Part shown: piece by piece, positions 1 to 13,696 of the stretch
Position numbering within the stretch: position 1 is the stretch's first letter
Layout of the letters: every line of letters begins with the position of its first letter
Assembly: GCA_036785375.1 (NCBI GenBank)
Contig: JAWMAR010001182.1
Location: 124,001 to 188,000, forward strand
Direction of reading: 5' to 3'
DNA: 64,000 nt
DNA from: Leucoraja ocellata
Lineage: Eukaryota
Notes under the pieces: generated by a model
Seen by the model: the letters and a program-made list of their open reading frames with translations, nothing else
Told to the model about the DNA's origin: nothing
Databases searched by the model: none
Position numbers and translations under genes: made by a program

Positions 1-570
1 ACTGAGAAGTCTGAGGAACTTTGACCTGCCTCTGATTACTCAAACTTGCTGTGCAGATTAGCATAGAACGCATACTGTTGGGTGTATCACAGCTTGTTGT
101 GGGGACATATATGTCCTATAAAGAGTAAATTGCGCAGGGTTCTGGAAGATGCCGTCTCCTTATTACGAAATAGACTCCGCACTGTTGACTGCGTTTGCAC
201 TTCACAATCCCTTGGAAACGGAGACACGTCTCACCCCGCTCATTCCTTCTACTCCCTGCACCCGTCGGGCAGAAGATACAGAAGGCTTAAAGCTCGCACC
301 ATCAGACTCCAGAACCGATTCTTTCCCTCTGTTGTCAGGCTTCTGAGCCGCTCTTCCATATGCGAGGGTATTGCCGTTTCACCTCTATCCCCTTGCGGAC
401 ATTGGGCTTTGTGGATGTGATACGCTGCAGTGCGCTCCCAAACTGGGACTACGCTCTGCACTCCGATTTCCCCTCTTACACTACCTGTTACTGAGATTGA
501 ATTGTTTGTACTGATATTTAATAGTATTTGATCTAATTTGGATTTCTTGCAAACCAATGCTTTTTGCAGC
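1..570 (+). mobile_element. Degenerate Rex/Babar-type LINE 3' remnant in GPCR intron (gene 0)
   Basis: Near-identical to 15365-15930; degraded HPAHSFYSLHPSGRRYR...RLQNRFFPSVVRLL C-terminus typical of this clade. Confidence 0.65.
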
Positions 571-670
571 TCCCGGAAATACATGACAACAATGCACCTA
601 AACCTGAATCTGAAGAGAATTAACCTGTGCCAGATCCTATGAACGACGAACGATCCAATAGCTTAACAAC

Positions 671-800
671 GGAATAGGTGACGTTTCGGGTCGAGACCCT
701 TCTTCAGACTGATCAGTCTCGACCGGAAACGTCACCTATTCCTTCGCTTCATAGATGCCGCTTCACCCGCTGTCTAATTCTCCAGCATTTTTGTCTAGCT
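671..800. mobile_element. Palindromic Penelope-derived/MER6-like element in GPCR intron (copies near 16034, 29407, 45525, 62605)
   Basis: Inverted repeat ggaataggtgacgtttcgggtcgagac ... gtctcgaccggaaacgtcacctattcc (671-742); family assignment is by recall only. Confidence 0.55.
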
Positions 801-985
801 TCGATTTCTCCAGCAACTGCAGTAATTTCTTAAACAAACATTTTCTAGTTAATACCGCCCTAACCTGAAGAATGCAGTCTAGCATTCCCGTGTTTCGCAC
901 ACTATTTACACTTTACCTTTAACAATGTTTTTATCAACACATCATCCCACGACTCAGTCCCACTTACTGCGTTCCCTTCACCTAC

Positions 986-1055
986 CGGGTACTCCGATTG
1001 TTGCCAGAATTGGATAATAATAATATTCAACTTCCAAGTGCCGCTTCCAACCCAT
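986..1055 (-). CDS. Exon 1 of a fifth GPR139-like GPCR paralog (gene 0); exon 2 lies left of the window
   Basis: Minus strand reads ATG GGT TGG AAG...GGA GTA CCC G|GTAGGT = MGWKRHLEVEYYYYPILATIGVP with a phase-1 donor; same peptide as exon 1 of gene A. Confidence 0.85.
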
Positions 1056-2969
1056 TTTTCCTTCAAGCCGTCCGCAGTTATGCAGTGCAAAACTTATAGG
1101 AGTCAAAGTGAGAAGTCAAACAGCGCTATATTTATATTCTTAGAAAAAACTGAAGGACTGCGTGCGTTCACCTCCCCGCGGAAATGTATTGTGGACCGTT
1201 GAACAAATAGTTTGCTCCCATGTGATGCAAAGCGATCAAACTCATTATGCGACCGCTCCCTACTCAGGCACCAGCTGAGCACCAACAGAACTAAGGAACT
1301 GTAAAATACGAGTGAACATTCTATTTTTAAATGTTAACGCGTGGCACACAGATGCAGCAAAATTCGTGTCATGTATCATTTATCCACACATGCTACGATG
1401 TAATACAGTATATTACTTGTCGAATTTGCAATGCATTTTCCAGACACCGTGCCCTTCATTTAACATGCACCCATTAATAATTTCATCTTGCATTATCCGT
1501 GTAGCTGCCTTTCAAACGGAAAGATAATCATTTTTTTGGCAGGGTCTAAATGATGTAAACCACAGGGAACCTACTAGACGACATCGTATACAGTTCAGCT
1601 ACAACAGCAGCATTAATGTATTTCAACTGTTGCCACTTCATGAAGTAAAGAATAGGCGAATATAATGTGTAATGTGATAACTGACTGGAAATATACAACG
1701 GCTAGAAATATTCTTGACCAACAGATTATCTTTAAAGAAATGTGTTAATTCATAAAACACAGAGGTGAACAGCATTTGATGTTATTCCAGATATTAGGGA
1801 GAAATCTTCTCAATTCAATGATCCGTTGGAGATATCAAGAATGTTGATGTACAAGATGATTGAATCGGTTAAGGAGAATCTCACCGGCTGTAAATGTTTG
1901 GGGATAGATCATCCTGAAGAAAGTCTTGACCAAAGAAAGAAATGTCATGTTTGCTGCACTCGACCTAAGCAATTCACAGACAAAAACTTCACAGAGCAGT
2001 ACACCACAGGGGGAGGGATATTATTTTTCGAAATAATTTATTAAGGATCCATTTAAACTAGGGAGTATGCAACTCTCCTCCCACGAATGGTACTAATATT
2101 GGACAGTGTGAATTATGAGATGGACTGCAGAATGCAGAAACTGTATCTCTCAGCAGCGAATAAAACCATGAGGAGTTATGCAGAATTAAAATATAACAAG
2201 GTGATCAGTTGAAATATTTTAATGTGTTCCTCGGATGTAGGTCTCTAAAAGAGGACAGGAGTATAAAATAAGACGGTAAATATTTAAAGGGACGCAGCGG
2301 ATACTCTCCCTCACGGGGGGGGGGGGGGGGGGGGGGGGGGCAGGTATATTGAACCAACTCTCACTGTAAGTGGTATGTTACACAGCACAGAAACAGGGCC
2401 TTTTCACCATCTGGCCTGGGACTTGGCGAGACCGCGCGTGCGATGTTCTCCAGATCGCAATATGTTCGCATTGATATCATTAATCTGGGGAGTGGCAGCG
2501 TATTAACGACAACGTTTTGGCAGGAGTGGAGACATTATATTCCGAGAGAGACTATATAGGTCAGGATATTTTAATACTGTGGAACGAACGATGTTGTGAA
2601 TTGACATTTCACGTTGTGGACGTTACCACGAGAGACAATATAATCAAGACAGACGTCGATATGCCGAATGTTCTTCCAAATTAGCAGAAAGATAGATTTA
2701 GTAACTTTGAAGACTCGGATGTTAACTCCAGAAACGTGTGCCTTGCACAAGCGGAAAGTGACTTGTTGTTCTTCGATGTTGGCATAGAGTTCTAGTGTCA
2801 TACATCGTGAAAAATAGTCCTCCGGCACAACCTGCCCACGATGACCAATGTACCCCATCTGCACACCCCACCTGCCTACGAGTGGCCATATTCCTCTGAA
2901 CATATCTTATTCATGTACCTGTCGCATTATGTCTTAAACGTTGCAACAGTACCTGCCTCAACTACATCC

Positions 2970-3635
2970 TTGAAGATTGGGTCCAAGACGACTGAAAAAC
3001 GTGAATTTATTAAGGGGAACAAGAAAATGGCAGACGAGTTGAACAGTTACTTTGGGAGGACACAAACAATATGTTCGCATTGATACCATTAATCTGGGGA
3101 GTCATCACTAGGGAGGACACAAACAATTTTCCTGATGTAGTAGTGGCCAGAGGATCAGGGTTAACGAAGGAACTGAAGGAAATCCACATCAGGCATGAAA
3201 TGGTGTTGGGTTGACTGAAGGGACTGATGGCTGATAAATCCCTAAGGCCCGATAGTCTGCATCCCATGGTACTTAAGTAAATGGCTCTAGAAATCGTGGT
3301 TGCATTGGTGATAATTTTCCAATGTTCTATAGATTCAGGATCAGTTCCTGTGGATTGGAGGGTAGCTAATGTTTTCCCACAGTTTAAGAAAGGCGGGAGA
3401 GATAAAACAGAGAATTATAGACCAGTTAGCCGGACATCGGTGGTGGGGAAGATGCTGGAATCAATTATAAAAGACGAAATAGCCGCACATTTGGATCGCA
3501 GTAACAGGATCGGTACGAGTCAGCATGGATTTACGAAGGGGAAATCACGCTTGACTAATGTTCTGGATTTTTTTAAGGAAGGTAGTAGGGCAATGGACAA
3601 GGGTGAGCCTGTACATATAGTGTACCTGGCCATTC
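2970..3635 (+). mobile_element. CR1 LINE ORF2 internal fragment (copies 16650-17310, 31830-32450)
   Basis: Translates to DWRVANV.P.FKKG.R....NYRPVS.TSVVGKMLESIIKD...SQHGF.KGKS.LTN. Confidence 0.85.
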
Positions 3636-3779
3636 ATTTGTTTAGTGTTTTTGTATAGTATTGTTTGTGTAATTGTATTTGTTTAGTTTACTTGAACTAC
3701 ACCAAACTAATGTAAACTAACTAAACTACAACGCTGCACAAACTGGTGACCGGCAACAAGGCCATTAGTGAATTACTTT

Positions 3780-4280
3780 GCCAATTCAGCAAGATGGAGA
3801 AACTTGATAAGAACAGCGAGCTTTAGAGCCGCAGTTGCTCAGTTGCGCATGGTGGCTGGATTAGCGGGTATTAGATACAGTGAGAGATTGGTCATGTTTG
3901 GATTTTTATCCCTCTGGAACGTCGGAGATTGCGGGGACAACTGGTTGAGTTATGTAAACTTATGAGACCCGGTAGATTGTCAGAACTTTGATTTTCCCAG
4001 ATTGGAAAAAAATGTATCGAAGAGGGCACAGCTTTATGCTAAGAAGGGCAACATTGAAAGAAAATGTGCGGCGCAACGTGTTACACAAAGTGTGGCGAGT
4101 GTTTATTACGCGCTGCTTGTTAAGGCGGATACGGTAGTAGAGTGTAAAATAGTTTTGGATGGAGATATGATTCTGCAGGGAATGGAAGGATATTGATTAC
4201 GCGCAGGTAGATCGGAGCTGGTCTTGGTATCGGGTCGACAGGAATGTTGTGAAGTAAAAAATCTGTTCTTCAACTGATCC
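3780..4280 (+). mobile_element. Old, highly degraded CR1 3' fragment (copies about 17460-17960, 32600-33080, 58410-58565)
   Basis: Residual similarity to the CR1 ORF2 C-terminus ending MEGY. Confidence 0.55.
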
Positions 4281-5929
4281 ATCTAAATGCTGACCCGAGC
4301 ACCATGTTTGATCGGGCTATGCTGGCTTCACCTTGCATTAAACCTTTTTCCCTTATCATGTATCTATAATACTGCGAATGGCTAGATTACAATAATGTGT
4401 TGTATTTCTGCTGACTGTATAGCACGCAACAGAAGTTTTCCAATGTACCTGGGTACACGAGGCAATAAACTAAATTGAATGTTCTTTTGCTGTATGTTCT
4501 ATATTCTAAATTCCAAAACAGACAGAGTCCGGACCAGGTTTAGGAAGTTTGGTATTAATTTCGCAATGGCTACAGGAAGTCCGAAGAGGTTCAGTGATTG
4601 TGAACAGTGATTGTGCCTGCTGTTAAACGAAGTATTTTATTTTCAGGCAATGGCCGAACCCTGCTTGTTTGGTTTATACAGCAGAACATGCGCCGAATTT
4701 GGACCAGCTGCAATAGGGCGTAGTTTAATAAAATACAAAATACCGCAGATACTGAACATGTACAAATGCACAGAAAATAAATTAAATCTCCAGCGGCAAG
4801 GCAGCAGTTGTAAGGCGAAAAATAAGTTTAATGTTCTAGGCTATTTATTTTTCTACAAAACGGAATTCGCCAGCTGCAATCAGTAAAGTGTATTTGAATG
4901 GTGACTGAACGGAGATTGGCATAATATTAGCAATACAAATACATTCATGTACTGAAGAGAGAGTTCTGACCTAATGTTAAAAAGCAGATTCGATGAAATA
5001 AAGCATTGGGGCACTGTCATATTCTGCAGCGTTTCTACAGCTGCACCTCTGATGTTGTAGATACACATTGACAATGACGGGTTACCGAGGATTTATCTGC
5101 CCCCAGAAGTTGCGCAACTTCTTTCAATACAGGAATAAAAACACCAGGTTTAGTCGATATAGTCCAAGATCTATTTATCATTAACACTCAAATTATGAAT
5201 ACTTAGGTAAAATGTGTTGGCCAAGTTCACCAGGTGGATATGTCTTCGTCGTTGAAGAACAGGAGCAATATGAAACAAGCAAGAGATTCTGTTCAACAAT
5301 TTTAATTATTCAAAGCGAACCAAGGTGCTCTCCGATCAATTCGAATCAATCCCGCATATATCTTTGACTGCGGTTTAATAGGATTTATGTTAAGAACAAA
5401 ATAGTTCTTCATCTTTTGTTCTTTCTATCTAAAACGTACTTGGAAGAATAAAGAATTGTGAAGAGGAAGCCAGAAACATATCATTATCTTTACTTCCGGT
5501 GACAACTCTTCCATCTGCTAGTTACATTTCAGTTACACGATAATGACTTTGAAAGGAAAACAATCTAACTTCGAGCCGTTTCAGAAGAGAGCGAATTATA
5601 AAGTGAACTATAATACATTGCTTGAGTTTTCTTAAGTTGAGTTTACAGTGAAAACTGTCCATTCGCTCCATCTCGTCCGCGCCGACCAGCAAGTACCCGC
5701 ACACAGCCTCTCTCCTGCACACAGGAACAATTACAGAGACCAATTAAACGGCAAACCTGCATGTGTTTCGAATGTGGCCTTAGCGCGGACAAATGCGATC
5801 TACTGCGGCCAAACCCAGCAGTAGGCAGCCCACCGCCAGCCGAGTATCACCGGCTAGGCCAGACCTCAATCGCCTATAACTGATGACTGGCCCGGTATGC
5901 CTGGTTCGCCCGCTGCAGAACGGGGACGG

Positions 5930-6230
5930 AGGCCACGCGACGCAGCGGTAGCGTTGCTGTCGGAAACAGCCAGAGATCCGGGTTTGACCTGGCCACGGTT
6001 GTTGCCTGCACGGCGTTTGTCCGTTATCCACGTGACGAGTGGTCCGTTCTCCAAGAAGCGTTTTATCCTGGTCTCCTCGAATACTCCAAAGACGTATCAG
6101 TTTGTAGTTTCGGTAAAATGGTAAAATATCTCCAGTGCGTAGAATTGTGTTAGTGTGCGGGAATCGCTGATCAACGCGGACCTTGTGAGCCGAAGGGCCC
6201 GTTTCCGCGCTGTATCCCTATACGAAATAT
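5930..6230 (+). mobile_element. tRNA-derived SINE, HE1/V-SINE-like (copies about 19615-19915, 37905-38205); a more degraded inverted SINE lies at about 5640-5920
   Basis: A/B-box-like head (gcagcggtagcgttgctg...gatccgggtttga) and CR1-like tail gccgaagggcccgtttccgcgctgtat. Confidence 0.7.
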
Positions 6231-6799
6231 ATGTGTTTATATACATATTATTGCACAAAGATAGGAGAAGCAGTTTACAAGATGTGAATCAAGAATTGTG
6301 GTCTGGGTACTTACATGGAAAATAGATGGCCACAAAAGGAAAAGAGTGGTGGCCATGGAACGGCTGAAGAACGGAATTGTGGACCTATTGGCATTGAGAG
6401 CTGAAGGCTTGGCTGTTGGATTCAAAGTATGGAGGGTTTGATTGTAAATAATGTCATGGAAAGATTTGTGCAGAAGTTGCCGCCAAGTCAAAAGTCACCA
6501 ATCAACCATAATCCACATAAATATCTTAGCTGGCACTAACAGCAGAAATATTCCTTATTTTTCGTAATCAGTTACATATTAATTGGAAGCATCTTCCATT
6601 ATTCTCAATGTCTTCCCAACTGCGGAGTTCTACGCACGATGCACACGAGTCTGAGACTCATCCTTTCACGTCTTTTCCTCTTGTTTTCATTCCCAACACT
6701 TTGCCTCTGCAGAACTACAGCGTCTGCGCTGGGTAATGGCTTGGGAGATAAATGCCAGACCAATTTGCTCTATGACCAATCACGAACGCGAACCTTCTC

Positions 6800-7310
6800 C
6801 ATATAAAAATTACAGCATGGAAACAGGCCATCCCGGCCCTACAAGTCCGTGCCGAACAATTATTTTCCCTTAGTTCTACCTGCCTGCACTCATACCATAA
6901 CCCTCCATTCCCTTCTCATCCATATGCCTATCCAATTTATTTTTAAATTATACCAAATAACCTGCCTCCACCACTTCCACTGGAAGCTCATTCCACACCG
7001 CTACCACTCTCTGAGTAAAGACGTTCCCCCTCATATTACCCCTAAACTTCTATCCCTTAATTCTGAAGTCATGTCCTCTTGTTTGAATCTTCCCTATTCT
7101 CAAAGGGAAAAGCTTGTCAACTCTGTCTATCCCTCTCATCATTTTAACGACCTCTATCAAGTCCCCCCTTAGCCTTCTGCGCGCCAGAGAATAAAGACCT
7201 AACTTATTCAACCTTTCTCTGTAACTTAGTTGTTGAAACCCAGGCAACATTCTAGTAAATCTCCTCTGTACTTTCTCTATTTTGTTGACATCCTTCCTAT
7301 AATTGGTCGA
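6800..7310 (-). mobile_element. Young CR1 3' fragment
   Basis: MLPGFQQLSYRERLNKLGLYSL; near-identical to 34680-35190; empty site in unit 2 at about 20480. Confidence 0.9.
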
Positions 7311-7794
7311 CTTCGCTTTGCGTCCCTAGACTCTGCTTCCTTAAAATATAATTAGATTCCCTTGCTTGTATAAACACCGTCCGCCGCCGTTGGTTGCAAC
7401 TGGTGAAGAGTGAATATTTAATGTACATTGTAAACTCATTATATTAAGCAGATTTGTAACCTGAGTGCTTACATCAGCAATCAGAGATGGGTTTAGAGAA
7501 GAATAGTGTGATCAGGGGGAAGAGTCGAGGACCGGAATAGTAGAGCTATTGCCATTCAGTTGGAGGCTTGGCGGCTGGATACGATGGATGCAGAGTTTGT
7601 TGGTAAATCCAGTTCAGAACAGATTGCTATGGAAAGTGGCGTCACGTCACAAATGGACATTGATCCCAATGGAGATCACAACTGGCGCTAGCAGCTCAAG
7701 GAAAACACATTTTGTCCCCAAAATACTTTTGTTATCGGTTTATATATCTATAAAAATGTATTTCATCATTCTCCATTTTTACTGCAGCTAACTA

Positions 7795-10230
7795 AACCTA
7801 GGTCCGAGAGGAGAAAATATTTTTTTACACAGAGAGTGGCGAATCTGTGGAATTCTCTGCCACAGAAGGTGATTTAGGCCAGTTTATTGGCTATATTTAA
7901 GAAGGAGTTAGATGTGGCCATTGTGGCTAAAGGGATCAGGAGGTATGGAGAGAAGGCAGGTATGGGATACAAAGTTGGATGATCAGTCATGATCATATTG
8001 AATGGCGGTAGCAAAAGGTGCTGTTGAGCCAAATCCAAAGAGGCCGACGTCAGGCAACGCCGTGGTAGTTGGAAACTCCATTGTGAGAGGTACGGACAGG
8101 GGTTCCTGCGGCAACAGACGAGGTTCGATGATGGAGCGTTGCCTCACTGATGCCAGGATCCAGGTTGTCACGGAGAGAGAGCAGAAAATCCTCAAGGGTG
8201 AATAGGTGAATAGCCGGAAGTGGTAGTGCATATAACCATATAACCATATAACCGTATAACAATTACAGCACGGAAACAGGCCATCACGACCCTTCTAGTC
8301 CATGCCGAACACGTATTCACCCCGAGTCCCATATACCTGCGCTCAGACCATACCCCTCCATTCCTTTCCCGTCCATATAACTATCCAATTTATTTTTAAA
8401 ATACAAAAACGAACCTGCCTCTACCACCTTCACTGGAAGCTCATTCCACACAGCCACCACTCTGAGTAAAGAAGTTCCCCCTCATGTTACCCCTAAACTT
8501 CTGTTCCTTAATTGTACATATCGGCACAAACGATGTCGGAAAGAAGGGGGTGAATATTCTTTAGCGTGACTTGAGAGAGCTCGGAAAATTGTTGAAGCGC
8601 AGGACCTCCAGAGTTGTTATCTCCGGGTTGCTTCCAGTTCCTCGTGCTGGCGAGAGCAGGACCAGGGAGATACAGGTCCTGAATGCGTGGCTGAGGACCT
8701 GGTGCAGGGGGCAGGGATTTAGATTCTTAGATCACTGGGATATTTTGGAGTAAGGGAGAACTGTACAAAAGGGACTGATTGCACTTTATCAGGTGGGACA
8801 CTAGCATTCTGGCAGGCAGGTTTGGCACTGCTACACTGGTGGTTTTAAACTGACTAAGGGGGGGGGGGTGTCAAATGGGATAGCCAAGGATAGAGTTAAA
8901 GGGAAAAAGAGTAAATGGATAGTTAATGACCCCCAGAATTAACGGGAAGAAAGCTCACAAAGGGATAGGAGACTATGGCCAAGTGTAATAGGGATCGATG
9001 TGAAAGGTGAGATGCGTAAGGAATTAAAAGTATTGTATATGAATGCGCAAAGTATAAGAAGTAAAGTAGATGTGCTTGAGGCTCAGTTAGTGGTTGGTAG
9101 ATATGCCATTGTGGGGATTACTGACACGTGGCTGCAGTTGAAGAATTGTAAAGGCAAGAACACTAACTGGTGTTATCTACAGACCCCCAAATAGTAGCCC
9201 GGATGTAGCGTGTAAGTTGCAGCAGGAGTTAAAACGGCCATGTAACTAAGGTAATGCCACTCTGGTGCATCCGAGATGGGTTATTATAGCAGCTTGTAAT
9301 GGAGCCGACCAGAGAATTCTAGATTTAGTGTTGTCCAATCAACCAGATTTGATAAGAGAACTCGAGGTAAGGAACCGTTTGGAGGTAGTGATCATAATAT
9401 GATTAGTTTTAATCTGCAATTTGAGAAGGAGAAGATTAAATCGGAAATGTCAGTGATGTAGTTGAACAAAGGGGATTATGAAGGCATGAAAGGGGAGCTG
9501 GCCAAGGTAGACCGGAAAGGCATCCTAGCAGGAATGACGATGGAACAGCAATGGCAGCAATGGCAGGGCATAATCCGGAAGACGCAGGATAATTTCATTC
9601 GAAAAAGGAAGAAAGATTCTAAGGGGAGTAGGAGGCAACCGCGGCTGACAAGAGAAGTTCAGAATAGAATAAAATTAAAAGAAAAGATGTATGACACAGC
9701 ATAAAGTAGCCATAAGCCATAGGATTGGGAAACGTTCATAGGGCAACAGAAGGAAACAAAGCGTGCAATAGGAGCTGAGAAGATGAAGTGTGAGTGGAAG
9801 TTGGTCAAGAATATCAGGAGGGACTATAAAAGCTGCTTTAGATATGTTAAGGGGTAAAAGTAGCAAAGTCAAATGTGGGTCTCTTGAAGACAGACACGGG
9901 TGAAATTATTATGGGTAATAATGAAATGGCAGAATAGTTGAACTGGTACTTCGGATTTGTCTTCACTGAAGAAGACACAAACAATCTCCCAGATGTACTG
10001 GAGGACAGAGGATCTGAGGGGTAGAGGAACTGAAATACATTTTCTTTAGGCGAGAAATAGAATTGGGTAGGCTAATGGGACGGAAGGATGATAAATCCCC
10101 TGGGTCTGATGGACTGCATCCCAGGGTCCTCATGGAGGTGGCTCTACAAATAGTGGACGCATTGGTGACCATTGTCCAATGTTCAATCGATTCAGGGTCA
10201 GGTCCTGTGGATGGAAGTATAGCTAATGTT
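7795..10230 (+). mobile_element. Degraded CR1 (ORF1 SGNH esterase, ORF2 endonuclease and linker) with nested young CR1 3' end at about 8230-8515 (-)
   Basis: VVVGNSIVRGTD and VVISGLLPVPRA (ORF1); LKVLYMNAQSI..K (APE start); many stops and frameshifts. Confidence 0.85.
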
Positions 10231-10232
10231 AT

Positions 10233-11880
10233 AGTAACATAGAAACATAGAAAATAGGTGCAGGAGTAAGCCATTCGGCCCTGCGAGCCTGCACCGCCAT
10301 TCAATATGACCATGGCTGATCGTCCAACTCAGTATCATGTACCTGCCTTCACTCCATACCCCCTGATCCCTTTAGCCACAAGGGCCACATCCAACTCCCT
10401 CTTAAATATAGCCAACGAACTGACCTCGACTACTTTCTGTGGCAGAGAATTCCACAGATTCACTACTATCAATTTGATTTATTTTACTCATCTCGGTCCC
10501 AAAAGACTTCCCCCTTATCCTTAAACTGTGACCCCTTGTTCTGGACTCCCCCAACATCGGGAACAATCTAGCCTGTCCAACCCGTTATGGATGTTGTAAG
10601 TTTCTATACGATCCCCGCTCAATCTTCCAAATTCTAGCGAGTACAAGCCGAGTCTATCCAGTCGTGCTTCATATGGAAGTCCTGCCATCCCATGAATCAG
10701 TGTGGTGAACCTTCTCTGTACTCCCTCTATGGCAAGAATGTCTTTCCTCAGATTAGGACACCGAAACTGTACGGAATACTCCAGGTGTGGTCTCACCTAG
10801 GCCCTGTACAGCTGCAGTAGAACTTCCCTGCTCCTTTTCTCAAAACCTTTGTGCTATGAATGCCAACATACCATTCGCCTTCTTCACTGCCTGCTGCACC
10901 TGCATGCCTACTTTCAATGACTGGTGTACCATGACACCCAGGTCTCGTTGCATATCCCCTTTTCCTAATCGGCCACCATTCCGATAATAGTCTACTTACG
11001 TGTTCTTGCCACTAAAGTGGATAACCTCACATTTATCCACATTATACTGCATCTGCCATGCATTTGCCCACTCGCCCAGCCTATCCAAGTTACCTTGCAG
11101 CGTCCTAGCATCCTCCTCACAGTAATACAGCCCCCAGCGTCGTGTGATCCACAAACTTGGAGAAGTTGCATTTAGTTCCCTCGTCCAAAACATTTATATA
11201 TATAGTCAATAGCTGGGGTCCCAGCCCTGAGCCATGCGGTACCTCACTAGTCACTGCCTGCCATTCTGAAAATGACCCGTTTACTCCTACAGTTTGCTTC
11301 CCGTCTGCCAGCAAGTTATCTATCCACATCAATACTGAAGCCCCAATACAATGTGCTTTAAGTTTGCGTACTAATCTCGTATGTGGGACCTTGTCGAAAG
11401 CCTTCTGAAAGTCCAGATATGACACATTCACTGGATCTCCCTTATCCACTCTACTAGTTACATCCTCGAAAAATGCTATACGATTCGTCAGACATGATTT
11501 ACCTTTCATAAATCCATGCTGACTGTCCAATGATTTCTCCACTTTCCAAATGTGCTGCTATCCCATCTTTAATAACTGACTCTTGCATTTACCCTACTAC
11601 CGATGTTAGACTAACCTTGTCTGTAATTCCCCGTTTTCTATCTCCCTCCCTTTATAAAAAGTGGGGTTACATTAGCTACCCGCCAATCCTCAGGAACAAC
11701 TCCAGAATCTGAAGAGTTTTGAAAAATTATCACAAATGCCTAGCAGCCTATCTGGCCCTGGGGATTTATCGGCCTTTAATTCATTCAATTTCCCGAGTAA
11801 CATGCATTTCACACCGCTCCTCCATCTTATTTGATCCCCGGTCCCCTGCTATTTCCGGCAAATTATTTGTGTCTTCCTTA
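10233..11880 (-). mobile_element. CR1 RT/3' half, degraded
   Basis: SQHGFMKGKSCLTN, YLDFQKAFDKVPH, RPHLEY, short-repeat 3' tail at about 10235-10255. Confidence 0.9.
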
Positions 11881-12970
11881 TCCCACTTTTTAAGAAAGGA
11901 GCGAGAGAGAAAATGGGGAATTACAGACCAGTTAGCCTGACTTCGGTGGTGGATAAGATGCTGAGTCAATTACTAAAGAGGTAATAATGGGGCAGTTGGA
12001 TAGCAAAAGGATTAGTCCAAATATACATGGACTTATGAAAGGGAAATCACGCTTGACTAATCTTCGGGAATTTTTTGAGGTTGTGACAAGTTAAATGGTT
12101 GGAGGGGATCCGTTGGATGTAGAGTATCTAGACTTTCAGAAAGCCTTTGATAAGGTGCCGCACGGGAGACTGGTGACTAAAATTAGAGCACATGGTATTG
12201 GGGATAGGGTGTTAACATGGATAGAAAATTGATTGGCAGACAGGAAGCAATGAGTAGGAGTGAACGGGTCCTTTTCAGAATGGCAGGCAGTGGGGAGTGG
12301 AGTGCCTCAAGTCCCGGTGTTGGGGCCGCAACCTTTCACCATATATATTAATGATTTGGAAGAGGGAATTAGGAGCAACACTAGCAGGTTTGCAGATGAC
12401 ACAAAGCTGTGTGGCAGTGTGAACTGTGAAGAGGATGTTAGGAGGTTGCAGGGTGAACTGGACAGGTAGAGTGAATCGGCAGTTGCGTGGCAGATGCAGT
12501 ATAATATAGATCAATATGAGGTTTTCCACTTTGACGGCAAAAGCAAGTGGGCAGATTATAATCTCAATGGGTTTAGGTTAGGTAACGGGGGGGGGGATGC
12601 ATCGAGACACGGGCGGCCTTGTACACCAGTCATTGAACGTTGGCGTGCAGGTATAGGAGGCAGTGAAGACATCTAATGGAATGTTGGCCTTCATAACAAG
12701 AGGAATTCAGTAAAGAGGTTCTTCTGCAGTTGTATAGAGCTCTGGTAAGGCCATTTCTGGAGTATTGTGTGCAGTTTTAGTCTCCTAAATTGCGGAAGGA
12801 CATCCTTGTGATTGAGGCATTTCAGCGTAGGTTCACGAGATTGATCCCTGAGATGGCGGGACTGTCACATGAGGAAAGATTGAAAAGACTGGGTTTGTAT
12901 TCACTGGAGTTTAGAAAGATGAGTGGGGGTCTTATAGAAACGTATACAATTATAAATGGACAAGCTAGAT
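11880..12970 (+). mobile_element. CR1 RT fragment, degraded
   Basis: GVPQ..VLGP..F.IYINDL, FADDTKL. Confidence 0.9.
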
Positions 12971-13696
12971 GGAGGTGGGATTAATGCAAAACGATGCAGA
13001 ATATCTGGCTTACCACACCGGCGAACTTACTCACTTTACAGCCATCTACTGGACACTAGCTTGTGACACTCTTCTTCCATTAAACATATAGTTAGTAATG
13101 CCAACTTGTTTGAACGGCACCTTTGGCTGCATCTGGTGCAGAATTACTAATTGTACTGAAATCCGAAGGCCTCTGTAAGAAGCAACGAGACATTATATTC
13201 TGTGCGAGAAGCAAAAATAGAATGGAACTCTCATTAACGTAAATGTTGCAACAAGAATTTTATTAAACACATTGGTGCACTGGGCATTTACATACGTAAC
13301 CATGGAACGTCTCAAAGAATTGTAGAGTCATGGAGCATGCAATGTTTAGGACCATAACTCTATGTCTGTTTTCATTACGTACTGGAGACGTTACCGCTGA
13401 ATTCAAAAGAAGATGGAAACAGTTAACGGCGAGGCTCATTTCCGGAATCATTGGAGATCTGCTCCAGTACAACATAGCACTCGGTTCAACATGGCCGCCC
13501 TCCCCACTGCGCATTTTGAACAACGCCCCAATGTCGCATGTTAAATAGATGGCCAAATGTGCATCCCAGTGCAGGAGACGCGTTCAGATTGTATTTCTCA
13601 GCTATATTTTTGAAAATTAATGCGGAAAGCTTTCAGACAAAACTCCTTCATTACCTCGTTTTTGCACTGACTCACGGTGGGATAAGTAACGTAATG

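Noticed and set aside
2315-2340. Long poly-G/poly-C runs (also about 39628-39653, 50891-50910, 53780-53796) as G-quadruplex elements
   Set aside because: Lengths vary between duplicated copies and most lie in TE remnants; consistent with slippage or homopolymer error.
6315-6356. Leader-like mini-ORF MATTLFLLWPSIFH followed by GTAAGT on the minus strand in three units
   Set aside because: Phase 0 rather than phase 1, other copies have Arg in the hydrophobic core, and I found no downstream V exon or RSS.
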